Shown: positions 9,469 to 19,512, numbered from the stretch's first letter. The stretch is 64,000 nt of DNA from Candidatus Spechtbacteria bacterium SB0662_bin_43 (GCA_009839835.1 VXOY01000010.1:4025-68024), one strand, 5' to 3'. Notes: generated by a model not told the origin, from the letters alone. Translations and numbers: made by a program.

Positions 9469-10590
9469 ATGACAGGTTCGAGCGTGATACGGAGCCAGGG
9501 ACCCAAGCGCTACAATCACTTCACGGGCAGGAGCGTTTTCATCTCCACTGTGCGTGGCGGCCGACCCGACAAGAAAAAGACCAGTGTACAACATCCTGTG
9601 GTGCAACGCGATCCATTCGTTGACCCCCAGGCGTTCGGGAACGAAGATCCAGTGTTTCAGTACACCGATCCTGAAACCCAGGACTGGCTGGTGCAGATCA
9701 TTCCAAACCTGTGGCCCATTCTTTCTCTTGAACGAAAGGAACGATTCGACAGAGATGCGATTATTGGAGAAGGATTTCACGAGGTGGTGATCACAAAAGA
9801 TCCCACCTACTCCTTCGCGGACTTCTCGCAGCAATACACAGAGCTTGTGTTGAAGGCTCTTGCTATGCGGTCAAACGCGATCCTTCGTGAGTGCCCGAGC
9901 ATTAAGGAGATTTCTATCTTCCAGTGCTATGGGTTACAGGCAGGAGGCTCTCAACCCCACCCTCATCTACAGATCTTCGCTCACAACGATGTTTCACCAG
10001 AGGTGAAACATCGCGAGGAGATGATGCTTCTCTTCTGGAAGAAGCACAACATCAATGTGATTGATGCTGTGATACAGGATGCAGAAGAGGATCCAAGTCT
10101 GGTTGTCTACCGCAACAGCAGTTACGTGGTCGTTTGTTCGCACGCACCCTCAGCCGAATACGAGGTTCAGATTCTGCCAACCTACACAGAAAAGACCGCC
10201 TACACGAACCGAGGCTTGAACGCGGAAATGTTGGACGATCAGAGGAGAAGGGATCTTGCTGAGGCACTGAATGTCGCGACTCGCGCACTCAAAATCGCCC
10301 TGAATGATCCTCCGTACAACATCTTGGTTCGTTCCCTTACGAAGGGTATGGCGAACATGATTATTCCTACGGACCAGCATTTTCTCGGATGGTACATTGA
10401 CATTCGTCCCACCTACGGCTACCAGCCGTTTGGGCTCCAGCCGTTACGGGGAGACGATACAGTGACCGTCGAGCCCGAGTACGCAGCAAACGATTTGCGC
10501 CTTGCCTTAAAGCATCCTGATTTCCCAAACAGGGAACAGATGTCGTGGCAAGACCAGTACGCCAACACGATCGCGATGCTGGTTCAGTAG
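9469..10590 (+). CDS. HIT-superfamily GalT-branch nucleotidyltransferase/phosphorylase-like protein (GalT/Apa2-like)
   Basis: GGSQPHPHLQIFA matches the GalT H-x-H-x-Q active-site block (cf. SNPHPHGQIWA). Upstream VQIIPNLWP resembles the (V/I)PNK(F/Y)P block. GC-rich, GAAAGGAG leader. Confidence 0.65.
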   Translation: MTGSSVIRSQGPKRYNHFTGRSVFISTVRGGRPDKKKTSVQHPVVQRDPFVDPQAFGNEDPVFQYTDPETQDWLVQIIPNLWPILSLERKERFDRDAIIGEGFHEVVITKDPTYSFADFSQQYTELVLKALAMRSNAILRECPSIKEISIFQCYGLQAGGSQPHPHLQIFAHNDVSPEVKHREEMMLLFWKKHNINVIDAVIQDAEEDPSLVVYRNSSYVVVCSHAPSAEYEVQILPTYTEKTAYTNRGLNAEMLDDQRRRDLAEALNVATRALKIALNDPPYNILVRSLTKGMANMIIPTDQHFLGWYIDIRPTYGYQPFGLQPLRGDDTVTVEPEYAANDLRLALKHPDFPNREQMSWQDQYANTIAMLVQ

Positions 10591-10657
10591 AGATCCGAAC
10601 CATCCGCTGTTCAAACCTCTTGTTCGTTCGCGCCAATGATCCAGCGCGAAGATGCAC

Positions 10658-10697
10658 AGACCCCGTAGCACGCAACCAGCGTGATACGGGGTCTTAT
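10658..10697. terminator. Terminator-like hairpin after GalT-like gene
   Basis: agaccccgta...tacggggtct stem followed by a T-rich tail. Confidence 0.45.
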
Positions 10698-10721
10698 TGA
10701 ATTACGGGTTTTTCTGTGTCT

Positions 10722-11114
10722 CTACTTTTGTTCTTTGATGTATCGCTTCTTTTGGTAGATGTACCTGAACGACAAGAATAGTAGTGGAGATCCTACTACG
10801 ATGTCTGCCACTGCTTGTGAGATAGCTCCTTGGACTCGCTTCCTATCGTTTTTCTTACAGTTTTCGTATCGTTCCTTTTGCGCTTTTTCATCCTCTTTGT
10901 CGTACGAGTCGTATACTCTGATGTACTCGTTTTCCAAGCATCGCGAATCTGCTGAAAAAACGTATGTATACATCACATTGCGCACCAAAGATATGACTCC
11001 GTATGATGTGTAAAAAAAAGATGATAAAAAGACAATAGCAAGCGCTATTGAAAAAATGGTCTTTGAGAAACTCGCCAACGTAATAGACGTTACTTTATGA
11101 TTTGAGTGCTCCAT
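10722..11114 (-). CDS. Hypothetical small membrane protein
   Basis: 130-aa ORF with two hydrophobic helices; no family recognised. Confidence 0.45.
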   Translation of the reverse strand: MEHSNHKVTSITLASFSKTIFSIALAIVFLSSFFYTSYGVISLVRNVMYTYVFSADSRCLENEYIRVYDSYDKEDEKAQKERYENCKKNDRKRVQGAISQAVADIVVGSPLLFLSFRYIYQKKRYIKEQK

Positions 11115-11231
11115 AGGACAATGAATAAATAATATCTTATTCTATGGTATCACAATCGAATATATATATATATATGATTTTTGTGGATAAAGACGAACGC
11201 TCGCTGTGTCAGGTGCAGACAGTGTTCCAGT

Positions 11232-12116
11232 TTATTCCGTATCAGGTATAGGTAGCATTCCTGTGAACGAGAGTTGTGCTGGACCACTCATATACACTGG
11301 TTCACTTTTGTTGTTGGTGCCATCCCATTGCATTTTTAAGTCACCACCTGGCAGCGAAACTGTTGCTTGTTTATCTGAAAGTCCACGAAGTCGCGCAGCT
11401 ACTAATACAGCGCACGCGCCAGACCCGCAGGCGAGCGTGACACCCACTCCGCGCTCCCATACCCGCATTTTGATGTGATGTGGCGATACTATGTTTGCGA
11501 CTTCAAAGTTCGTTTTGTTTGGAAAGTCAGGGTGTGTTTCTACGATTGGACCAATGTCAGTCAGCGGGAAATCGTCTATTGGCATGTCAATGAACAGTAC
11601 TGCGTGCGGGTTTCCCATTCCTATACACGCTAAGTCGTAGGTTGTATTGTTGATTTGTAGTGTATGGTGTATGTCTGGTGATGATTGAGCATTGAGAACA
11701 GGGATGGTCTCTGGGTCTAACACAACAGGCTCCATAGCAACACGTACGCTATCTACAATTGACCCAGACATATGTATCTCTACTTGCACTATACCTGAAC
11801 CAGTTTCAACCGTTATATTTCTGTTTTTTGGTTTGAAATCGGCACGCTCAATGAGATATTTAACAAAACAACGAATTCCATTACCACACATATCGCTATA
11901 TGATCCATCTGCATTTACGATAACCATATGAGCATCAGCATTATTACTATCTGCTGCAATAAGAATTCCATCTGCGCCAATACCAAAGTGACGATCGCAA
12001 ATTTTTGGTGTTATCATCGTCCAGTCTCTATTTAGAAAATGACTGTTGGAGCCCAATGCATCAATCAGTATAAAATCATTACCAATACCCTGAACTTTTG
12101 TGAATGGAATAGACAT
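11232..12116 (-). CDS. dapF: Diaminopimelate epimerase
   Basis: FTKVQGIGNDFILID and MCGNGIRCF catalytic Cys blocks. Confidence 0.9.
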   Translation of the reverse strand: MSIPFTKVQGIGNDFILIDALGSNSHFLNRDWTMITPKICDRHFGIGADGILIAADSNNADAHMVIVNADGSYSDMCGNGIRCFVKYLIERADFKPKNRNITVETGSGIVQVEIHMSGSIVDSVRVAMEPVVLDPETIPVLNAQSSPDIHHTLQINNTTYDLACIGMGNPHAVLFIDMPIDDFPLTDIGPIVETHPDFPNKTNFEVANIVSPHHIKMRVWERGVGVTLACGSGACAVLVAARLRGLSDKQATVSLPGGDLKMQWDGTNNKSEPVYMSGPAQLSFTGMLPIPDTE

Positions 12117-12330
12117 ACATTTATTATATCATTGAAACAGCAAAGAATGCGGAGCCATGTGTATTGGCACACCATACCAACGGAGAAGTGCTGTATTGAT
12201 TTACAAAATGCAGAAAATGTTTTATGCTGGTTGATACTGACACAAAATAGAACCAATCAGGAGATTCTTTTTGTGTCACAACAACCCATAACCAGGATGG
12301 CACGCAGCGCACATCCAAAGAGAGGATTGA

Positions 12331-12633
12331 ATGATGGGTAACTCTACATCAAAAAGGCGAGACGGTTTTGAAGCCGCCAGTCAAGAATTCAAAGATGGTG
12401 AATACCAGAAGGGTCGAGAAGCCGCTCTCAATGGTGAGGACCTGTCTGTAGATGCGAACGAATATCAGCAACAGGGCTATAAAGAAGGCGAATGGATCAA
12501 TGGTTATAAAGCCGCACGGAATGGTAAAGATTTGCCTCCAGATGCCAGCGATGCCTTTCAAAGAGGATATGAGGAGGTTGAATTTGAGTTCAATGGCGGA
12601 CATCCTCCTTCATGGCGCCCACCATCCTTTTAA
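12331..12633 (+). CDS. Small hypothetical protein with internal ~20-aa repeats
   Basis: Repeats EYQKGREAALNGEDLSVDANEYQQ / GYKEGEWINGYKAARNGKDLPPDASDAFQ; followed by a hairpin terminator at ~12655-12690. Confidence 0.4.
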   Translation: MMGNSTSKRRDGFEAASQEFKDGEYQKGREAALNGEDLSVDANEYQQQGYKEGEWINGYKAARNGKDLPPDASDAFQRGYEEVEFEFNGGHPPSWRPPSF

Positions 12634-12870
12634 TCTCCACAGTGCTGTCCATAAAATGAGTGAGGTAATCTTCTGGATTGCCTCACTCACCCAAATTCTT
12701 TTGTCTTTATACGAGACTTTTTTGTTTTTAAGAAGAGCATTGTACATTTTCTTTCAAAGGTACTATTTGATTGGTATCTTGGTGGTTGCTATAATATGAG
12801 GTGTTGGTTCTTCTATTTATAATAAGGTAGACAGTGGCGATTATTCAGGGCGTATTGACATAGAAGTCAT

Positions 12871-15408
12871 ATGGCAAATTCCAAAGAAGCACAATCACGG
12901 ATAAAGATTAACAAGTTTTTAGAAGACGCAGGGTGGCGGTTTTTTGATACAGAAAAAGGTGAGGCAAACATTCGGCTTGAAGCCAGTGTAAAAATAACCC
13001 AACAAGATATTGATGAAATGGGAGAGGATTTTGAGAATACCCAAAGAGGATTTGTAGATTATTTATTGTTGGATGATAAGGGATTTCCTTTTGTTGTCTT
13101 GGAAGCAAAGAGAGAAGGTAAAAATCCATTAGATGGTAAAGAACAAGCACGTAGGTACGCCCAGTCGCAGAATGCCAGGTTTGTTTTACTATCAAATGGC
13201 AATACGCATTACTTTTGGGATTTGGAAAGCGGTAACCCAGAAGTTATTATAGAGTTTCCAAAACAAGAATCATTGTTGCATCGTTCAGGGTTTCAGCCAG
13301 ATAACCAACGGCTATCCAGTGAAAGCGTTAAAGAGGATTATATTGCTTTGACGCAAAATCCAAACTATAAAGAGGATCCTCGTTATCGGGACAAAAGCAC
13401 AAGGGAAGAATATCTCTCTCAGGAGGACTTACGAATTTTACGTCCCTATCAACTCAGAGCAATTCATGCATTACAAAAGAGTGCTGGTGAAGGTAGTACC
13501 AGGTTTCTCTTTGAGATGGCAACAGGTACAGGGAAAACTCTTGTGGCAGGTGCGGTTATAAAACTTTTTTTGAGAACAGGCAACGCGAAACGAATTTTGT
13601 TTTTGGTTGATAGAGTAGAATTAAAAAATCAGGCGTATGATAATTTTAATACTTACTTAAAGAACGATTGCACATCTGTTATTTATAAAAACAACAGAGA
13701 CGACTGGCAGAAGGCAGAGATAGTCATCTCAACTGTTCAGAGTCTTGCTTCTCAAGATAAGTATAAGAAGTTTTCGCCAACTGACTTTGGCTTGGTGATT
13801 TCTGATGAGGCACACCGCTCAATTGGAGGGAGTAATGGGAATTATAGGGCAGTGTTTGAGTATTTTGTCGGATATAAGTTGGGACTCACCGCAACACCAA
13901 AAGATTACTTGAAAAATGTTGATTCACAAAAATTACCTCAAAAAGACCCTCGTGCGTGGGAACGTAGGCAGCTTTTGGATACCTATACGACTTTCGGTTG
14001 TCCAAGCGGTGAACCAACATTTCGTTACACACTAATCAGTGGTGTGAAAGATGAATATCTTATCAATCCTATTGCTGTTGATGCACGAACAGAAATAACC
14101 ACTCAGTTACTTTCAGAAAAGGGCTATGCTATTATTGCTGAGAATGATGAAGGAGAAAAAGAGGAAGGAGTGTTTTTTCATAAAGATTTTGAGAAAAAGT
14201 TTTTCTCAGATAATACTAATAAAGCATTCTGTGGGACGATTATTAAAAATGCTCTGCGAGATCCTATCAGCAGAGAAATTGGCAAGACCATTGTGTTTTG
14301 TGTTAGACAGAGCCACGCTTCTAAGATTACACAGATATTGAATCAAATGGCGGACAAAGTGTGGCCTGGCAAATACAACTCTGACTTTGCGGTACAGGTC
14401 ACATCAAATGTTCCTGATGCTCAACAAATGACGATGAATTTCGCAAACAATAATCTTACAGGACGCACCAATTTTCTCCCTGGTTATAAGTCAAGCAAGA
14501 CAAGAGTATGTGTAACAGTCGGGATGATGACAACAGGATATGACTGCAAGGATATTTTAAATCTTGCGTTGCTTCGTCCTATTTTTTCTCCAACAGACTT
14601 TGTGCAGATTAAGGGACGAGGTACCCGTAAGTTTACCTTCGGGTACAAAAATGAAGATGGGGAAGAGATAAAGAAAGAAAAAGATACATTCAAGATGTTT
14701 GATTTCTTTGCGAACTGTGAGTATTTTGAGGAAAAGTTTGATTATGATGAGGCACTCCAATTGTCAGTTGCACAGAGGAATGGCAGTAGTTTTTCTGCGG
14801 ATGATTTCAGCATCCAAAGTACGATGGACGAGGCAACTACTTATGCTCCTGATACTGTTACTCGGTACAAAGAAAAGCAGATTAGCAGTGCAGGGATGAA
14901 AGTAGATCGTAAATTATTTGAAAAAGCCAAAGAAGAAATTGGAAAGGATAAAGATATTCAAGATGCTGTTATGCAAGAACAGTGGGACAAGGCAATCAAT
15001 ATCACTGTGCATAAGTATCAAGATAAGCCTGAGCTCTATATCAATCTTGATAAACTTCGTCGTAGCGAGAGCTTAGATAGACGATTGACGTGGCGTGAGG
15101 TATTAGAGCGAGTATTTGGATTTGTTGATACCTTTCCATCAAAAGATGAAAAATTAGAGGAAGAATGCGAGAAGTTTATCTCTATTGATAAGCCCAAGAG
15201 TAAGTATGTACCATATATTAAGAATTTTATTAAGGCATACCTTACAGATGAAAGGTTTCATGCAATTATTGAAAACAGAAACTATGGAGAGCTCAATAAC
15301 TACGCGGGTTTTCCAATGTCAGATTTTAAGGCATTAGGAGAAGATTTACGCAAGAAATTACCCGAATACATAAAAGATTATATACCCATCAATCAATATA
15401 AGGAATAA
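12871..15408 (+). CDS. hsdR: Type I restriction enzyme R subunit (compact, 845 aa)
   Basis: N-terminal HsdR_N nuclease MANSKEAQSRIKINKFLEDAGWRF...DYLLLDDKGFPFVVLEAKREG. SF2 motifs EMATGTGKT (I), DEAHRS (II), LGLTATP (III), TTGYDCKD / QIKGRGTRK (V/VI). Confidence 0.85.
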   Translation: MANSKEAQSRIKINKFLEDAGWRFFDTEKGEANIRLEASVKITQQDIDEMGEDFENTQRGFVDYLLLDDKGFPFVVLEAKREGKNPLDGKEQARRYAQSQNARFVLLSNGNTHYFWDLESGNPEVIIEFPKQESLLHRSGFQPDNQRLSSESVKEDYIALTQNPNYKEDPRYRDKSTREEYLSQEDLRILRPYQLRAIHALQKSAGEGSTRFLFEMATGTGKTLVAGAVIKLFLRTGNAKRILFLVDRVELKNQAYDNFNTYLKNDCTSVIYKNNRDDWQKAEIVISTVQSLASQDKYKKFSPTDFGLVISDEAHRSIGGSNGNYRAVFEYFVGYKLGLTATPKDYLKNVDSQKLPQKDPRAWERRQLLDTYTTFGCPSGEPTFRYTLISGVKDEYLINPIAVDARTEITTQLLSEKGYAIIAENDEGEKEEGVFFHKDFEKKFFSDNTNKAFCGTIIKNALRDPISREIGKTIVFCVRQSHASKITQILNQMADKVWPGKYNSDFAVQVTSNVPDAQQMTMNFANNNLTGRTNFLPGYKSSKTRVCVTVGMMTTGYDCKDILNLALLRPIFSPTDFVQIKGRGTRKFTFGYKNEDGEEIKKEKDTFKMFDFFANCEYFEEKFDYDEALQLSVAQRNGSSFSADDFSIQSTMDEATTYAPDTVTRYKEKQISSAGMKVDRKLFEKAKEEIGKDKDIQDAVMQEQWDKAINITVHKYQDKPELYINLDKLRRSESLDRRLTWREVLERVFGFVDTFPSKDEKLEEECEKFISIDKPKSKYVPYIKNFIKAYLTDERFHAIIENRNYGELNNYAGFPMSDFKALGEDLRKKLPEYIKDYIPINQYKE

Positions 15409-15415
15409 TAAAGTT

Positions 15416-15485
15416 AGTTTACATCTCTTGACGAGATATAAACTAAATCGCATTTTAGTTTATATCTATAGGTAAGATGTAAACT
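15416..15485. promoter_or_regulatory. Nested perfect palindrome (A-B-loop-B'-A') in the hsdR / AlbA_2-gene spacer; candidate operator or RNA hairpin
   Basis: agtttacatct(15416-26) ... gatataaactaaa(15435-47) tcgca tttagtttatatc(15454-66) ... agatgtaaact(15475-85). A further gatataaacta copy at ~15558. Confidence 0.4.
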
Positions 15486-15597
15486 AAAATAAAAGATAGT
15501 TTTTGTTGACTGATGAAATCTGAGTTAGGTCGCGATTTAATGTATAGTGATAGGCGTGATATAAACTATTGTCCAAAAATATGCCATAATAAATAGC

Positions 15598-17031
15598 ATG
15601 GATGATATCGTGAATACAATTCTGAATATCCCAGAAGAGACACAAACCATTGAGTTTAAACGTTTAGCTGGCGATAAAGTTGTTCGTAAGATTTTGCAGA
15701 CTATCGTTGCTATGGCAAATACTGATGGCGGAACGATTATCTTAGGCGTTGATGACCCAGAGAAGACAGCATTGAAGGGATGTGATAGGATTTTCGGAGT
15801 TGAAGAGGATAAGGTTTTGCTTGATGAGATTTTGAAAGAGCAGTCAAAAATTAATCCACAACTTCAAGGTATTCAGTTTCGCCATATCAAGGCACAAGGT
15901 GATAAAACAATTGTTTTGATAACAGTTGAAAAATCTAAAGAATCATTAGTCTCATTGAGTAATGATGTTTTTACTCGTCTCAATAAAAGTAATAAAAAAT
16001 TAAACCCACAAGAAATTGTAAAGTGGAGTTATACCAAAGGATTTATAAAGGCGGATAAAGAATTGGTGGATGTGGATTTTGAACTTTTACAGACAAAATA
16101 TTTTGATGTCTGGTGCGGTGCAATGGGTATCTCTGGAGGAACCATCCAAAGCATTTTATCTCAGGCTGGTTTGGCAAAAAAAGGTCAGGAAGAAATCTTG
16201 CGACCAACAAGAGCAGCCGTTCTACTTTTCGCCGAACATCCTACTTACCTAATGGAAATACATTGTACTGTGCGAGTTATACAACTCCGAGGCACATTAG
16301 AACGATTTGAGACTGTTCCTAATTATGTTAGTAAGCCAAAAACTATTGGTGGTCCAATCATAGAAGTAATTCGTAATTCTCACGAGTATGTTTTGAGTTT
16401 ATTGGGGGCAGGTATAGAAATTCATTCTGGTTTTGTTAATACTTTTAAGATTCCCGAACGAGCAGTGAAAGAGGCTATTACGAATGCTGTCATACATCGT
16501 GATTACCGTATTCAAAGAGATGTTGAGATTCGTGTTTTTGAAGATAGAGTTGAGGTATTAAGTCCTGGGCTATTTACTTATAATATAACTGCGAATAATA
16601 TAGGGTTCGTGCGTGCAGATGGTGAGAGGAATGATTTGCTGGTCAAACATCTGCGAGAATTTCCTAATCCACCGAATTTAAACTTCAATGAAGGCGTTCG
16701 TGCAATGAGGGCGGAAATGGATAAGCAAAATTTATACCCTCCGATTTTTATGACATACCCTACATACCCTGACTCTGTGAACGTTATTCTCCTGAACGAA
16801 GAAAGACCGACAGAGTGGGAAAAGGTAAGACTATACCTATCAAGAAATAGGTATATTGATAATAAAACAGCAAGAAACATAACAGGGGTTGTACAAATGC
16901 ATGATATGTCACGTATGCTCAAGAGATGGACAGAGCAAGGATTTTTGGTAAAAATTGATGCCGAGTCTAAGTATTTTAAGGGTACAAAATATAAATTAGC
17001 AAATATTGATGAGATGGGTATAGAGCAGTGA
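15598..17031 (+). CDS. AlbA_2 (Schlafen-like, divergent AAA) + HATPase_c_4-like + wHTH protein embedded in the hsd operon
   Basis: N-terminal ETQTIEFKRLAGDKV...MANTDGGTIILGVDD (AlbA_2/pfam04326-like). C-terminal EAITNAVIHRDY block typical of the RecG-C-terminal-like HATPase_c_4 domain. Stop 17031 sits 10 nt before the hsdM start. Confidence 0.7.
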   Translation: MDDIVNTILNIPEETQTIEFKRLAGDKVVRKILQTIVAMANTDGGTIILGVDDPEKTALKGCDRIFGVEEDKVLLDEILKEQSKINPQLQGIQFRHIKAQGDKTIVLITVEKSKESLVSLSNDVFTRLNKSNKKLNPQEIVKWSYTKGFIKADKELVDVDFELLQTKYFDVWCGAMGISGGTIQSILSQAGLAKKGQEEILRPTRAAVLLFAEHPTYLMEIHCTVRVIQLRGTLERFETVPNYVSKPKTIGGPIIEVIRNSHEYVLSLLGAGIEIHSGFVNTFKIPERAVKEAITNAVIHRDYRIQRDVEIRVFEDRVEVLSPGLFTYNITANNIGFVRADGERNDLLVKHLREFPNPPNLNFNEGVRAMRAEMDKQNLYPPIFMTYPTYPDSVNVILLNEERPTEWEKVRLYLSRNRYIDNKTARNITGVVQMHDMSRMLKRWTEQGFLVKIDAESKYFKGTKYKLANIDEMGIEQ

Positions 17032-17040
17032 GAGTTTTAC

Positions 17041-19512
17041 TTGCAAACCCAAATGCAAGTAAAACTTAAAACCCCATTAAATAGGCAAAAAACAGCATCT
17101 TTACTTGCAAATCACTCAAAATTCACTATGTTAGATGCAGAAACAAAACGACACATTGATGCAGCAAGGCAAGTTCTTGTTGGTAAGGTGCCAGACCCAA
17201 AGGCGCAAGTAGACCAAATTACCACAGCCTTGATTTACAAGTTTATGGACGATATGGACAAAGAGTCGCAGGAGCTTGGTGGTAAGGCACAATTTTTCTC
17301 TGGGGATTTTAGTCAATATTCGTGGACGAAGATTTTAGATAGTAAATTATCTGGACAAGAGCGATTCAATTTGTATAATGAAGCAATTAAGAAGATGCCT
17401 CGCAATGAAAATATACCCCAACTTTTCAGAGATATTTTCAAAGATGCACTTCTACCATATCGCGATTCTGCAACTCTTTCACTGTTCTTGAAAGAGATTG
17501 ATAATTTTACATACGATCATAGCGAGAATCTGGGCGATGCATTTGAATATCTACTCTCTATACTTGGCTCGCAAGGGGACGCAGGTCAATTCCGCACACC
17601 TCGTCATATTATTGATTTTATTGTTGATGTTGTAGATCCAAAAAAGAATGAGACTATTTTGGATCCTGCGTGTGGAACAGCAGGCTTTCTTATATCCGCG
17701 TACAAGCATATTGTTGAAAATAATGATGGCAAGGATAATAAAACAGGAGAATTAACAGATAAAGAAACAACCTTAACACCAGACGAAAAACAGCGACTGG
17801 TCAAGAACGTTGTAGGGTATGATATTTCGCCCGATATGGTGAAGCTATCGTTGGTGAATATGTATCTTCATAAGTTTACCAGTCCGCAGATCTTTGAGTA
17901 CGATACTCTTACCAGCGAATCAAGATGGGATGATCAATTTGATGTAATCCTGGCTAATCCACCATTTATGACACCAAAAGGTGGTATTCGTCCACACAAG
18001 CGATTTTCCGTTCAAGCGAGTCGTTCCGAAGTACTTTTCGTGGATTACATTTTGGAGCATCTTAACTTAAAAGGACGTGCAGGTATTATTGTGCCTGAAG
18101 GGATTATATTCAAAGCAGATAAAGCATATAAATCACTCCGTAAGAAATTGATAGATGATGGATTGGTTGCTGTCGTGAGTTTACCTGCAGGCGTGTTTAA
18201 ACCATACTCAGGCGTAAAAACATCAGTTTTATTTTTTGATAATCAGGTTGCAAAAACAACAGATGAATTATTGTTTATAAAAATAGAAAATGATGGGTAT
18301 GAACTTGGAGACCAGAGGAGAAAAATCAAGGAGAATGATTTACCCGAAGCACTGGAAGTATTACAGCAATGGAAGCAGGGTAAGAAGAAAGAAAGCGAAC
18401 TTGCTTTATGGGTGAAGAAAGAAAAAATCGCAAAAAGCGAGGATTATAGCTTGGTAGGCGATAGATATGGAGAAGTAAAAGAAAACAAAAAGCAAAAATA
18501 TCCAATGGTGGAACTGGGAGAGGTTTGTGGTTTTCAGCGTGGCACAATGATTACGAAGAATATGACAGAAGAAGGCGATGTTCCTGTAATTGCGAGCTCT
18601 AAACGACCTTCGTACTACCACAATCAATCTAATAGACAGCCGCCTACGATTACAATATCATCATCTGGTGATGCTGGTTTTGTCAATTTTTTTGAGATTC
18701 CTATATTTGCATCTGACTGTTTTACGGTAGAACCCTTAGATAAAGATCAAATCAATATCTATTTTCTTTACTCTATACTAAAATCAAAACAAGAGTGTAT
18801 CTATAAACTGCAGAAAGGGGTAGCGCAGAAACATGTGTATCCAAAGGATATATCAACAATCAAGATTCCTCTTCCGCCACTTAAAATTCAACAACAAATC
18901 GTGGAAGAGATTGAAGTAAAGCAAAATGCCATCAATCATGCTCAAGAAATCATCAAAAATCTAGAGAGAGAGAGATTGTATTTTGGTAACGAAATTAGAA
19001 AACTAAAAAATGTAAAATGGGTTGAATTGGGTGAGGTGGTACAGACGATTGTTCCACCAAAAAAGATTAAAAAGAGAGATTTTGCACAAGTGGGAGATTA
19101 TCCAATTATAGATCAGTCACAGAGTCAGATTGCTGGGTGGAGTAGTGATGAATCTGCGGTTGTTAAAATTCAAAATCCTGTGGTAATATTTGGCGATCAC
19201 ACGTGCGCTATAAAATACGCTGATAGGCCGTTTATTCAAGGTGCTGATGGTTGTAAAATACTAGAGGTGTGTAGTAATTTGATGCCTAAATTTTTATTTT
19301 TCTATTTAAAAAATCACCCTATTCAAAAAGAAGGGTATAAGCGCAATTTCACTAGACTCAGGTTACTCAAAGTTCCTCTCCTGTCACATGAAATTCAAAA
19401 ACAACTCGTCGCAGAAGCAGAAAAAGAAGAAGCAATAATCAAAGCAAACCAAACCCTTATTAAAATAATGGAAGATAAGATTGATAAGGTTTTGCGGGAG
19501 GTAGGCAAGTAG
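17041..19512 (+). CDS. Type I R-M methyltransferase-specificity fusion (HsdM N-terminal ~480 aa + full two-TRD HsdS)
   Basis: HsdM motifs DPACGTAGFL (motif I) and ILANPPF (motif IV). S part: two TRDs, each opened by VELGEV, separated by the conserved IPLPPLKIQQQIVEEIE central repeat. Confidence 0.85.
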   Translation: MQTQMQVKLKTPLNRQKTASLLANHSKFTMLDAETKRHIDAARQVLVGKVPDPKAQVDQITTALIYKFMDDMDKESQELGGKAQFFSGDFSQYSWTKILDSKLSGQERFNLYNEAIKKMPRNENIPQLFRDIFKDALLPYRDSATLSLFLKEIDNFTYDHSENLGDAFEYLLSILGSQGDAGQFRTPRHIIDFIVDVVDPKKNETILDPACGTAGFLISAYKHIVENNDGKDNKTGELTDKETTLTPDEKQRLVKNVVGYDISPDMVKLSLVNMYLHKFTSPQIFEYDTLTSESRWDDQFDVILANPPFMTPKGGIRPHKRFSVQASRSEVLFVDYILEHLNLKGRAGIIVPEGIIFKADKAYKSLRKKLIDDGLVAVVSLPAGVFKPYSGVKTSVLFFDNQVAKTTDELLFIKIENDGYELGDQRRKIKENDLPEALEVLQQWKQGKKKESELALWVKKEKIAKSEDYSLVGDRYGEVKENKKQKYPMVELGEVCGFQRGTMITKNMTEEGDVPVIASSKRPSYYHNQSNRQPPTITISSSGDAGFVNFFEIPIFASDCFTVEPLDKDQINIYFLYSILKSKQECIYKLQKGVAQKHVYPKDISTIKIPLPPLKIQQQIVEEIEVKQNAINHAQEIIKNLERERLYFGNEIRKLKNVKWVELGEVVQTIVPPKKIKKRDFAQVGDYPIIDQSQSQIAGWSSDESAVVKIQNPVVIFGDHTCAIKYADRPFIQGADGCKILEVCSNLMPKFLFFYLKNHPIQKEGYKRNFTRLRLLKVPLLSHEIQKQLVAEAEKEEAIIKANQTLIKIMEDKIDKVLREVGK

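Noticed and set aside
12452-12799. 115-aa plus-strand ORF overlapping 12331..12633.
   Set aside because: It is in a different frame over the same DNA and runs through the hairpin terminator at ~12655-12690. The 12331 ORF has the repeat-protein signal.
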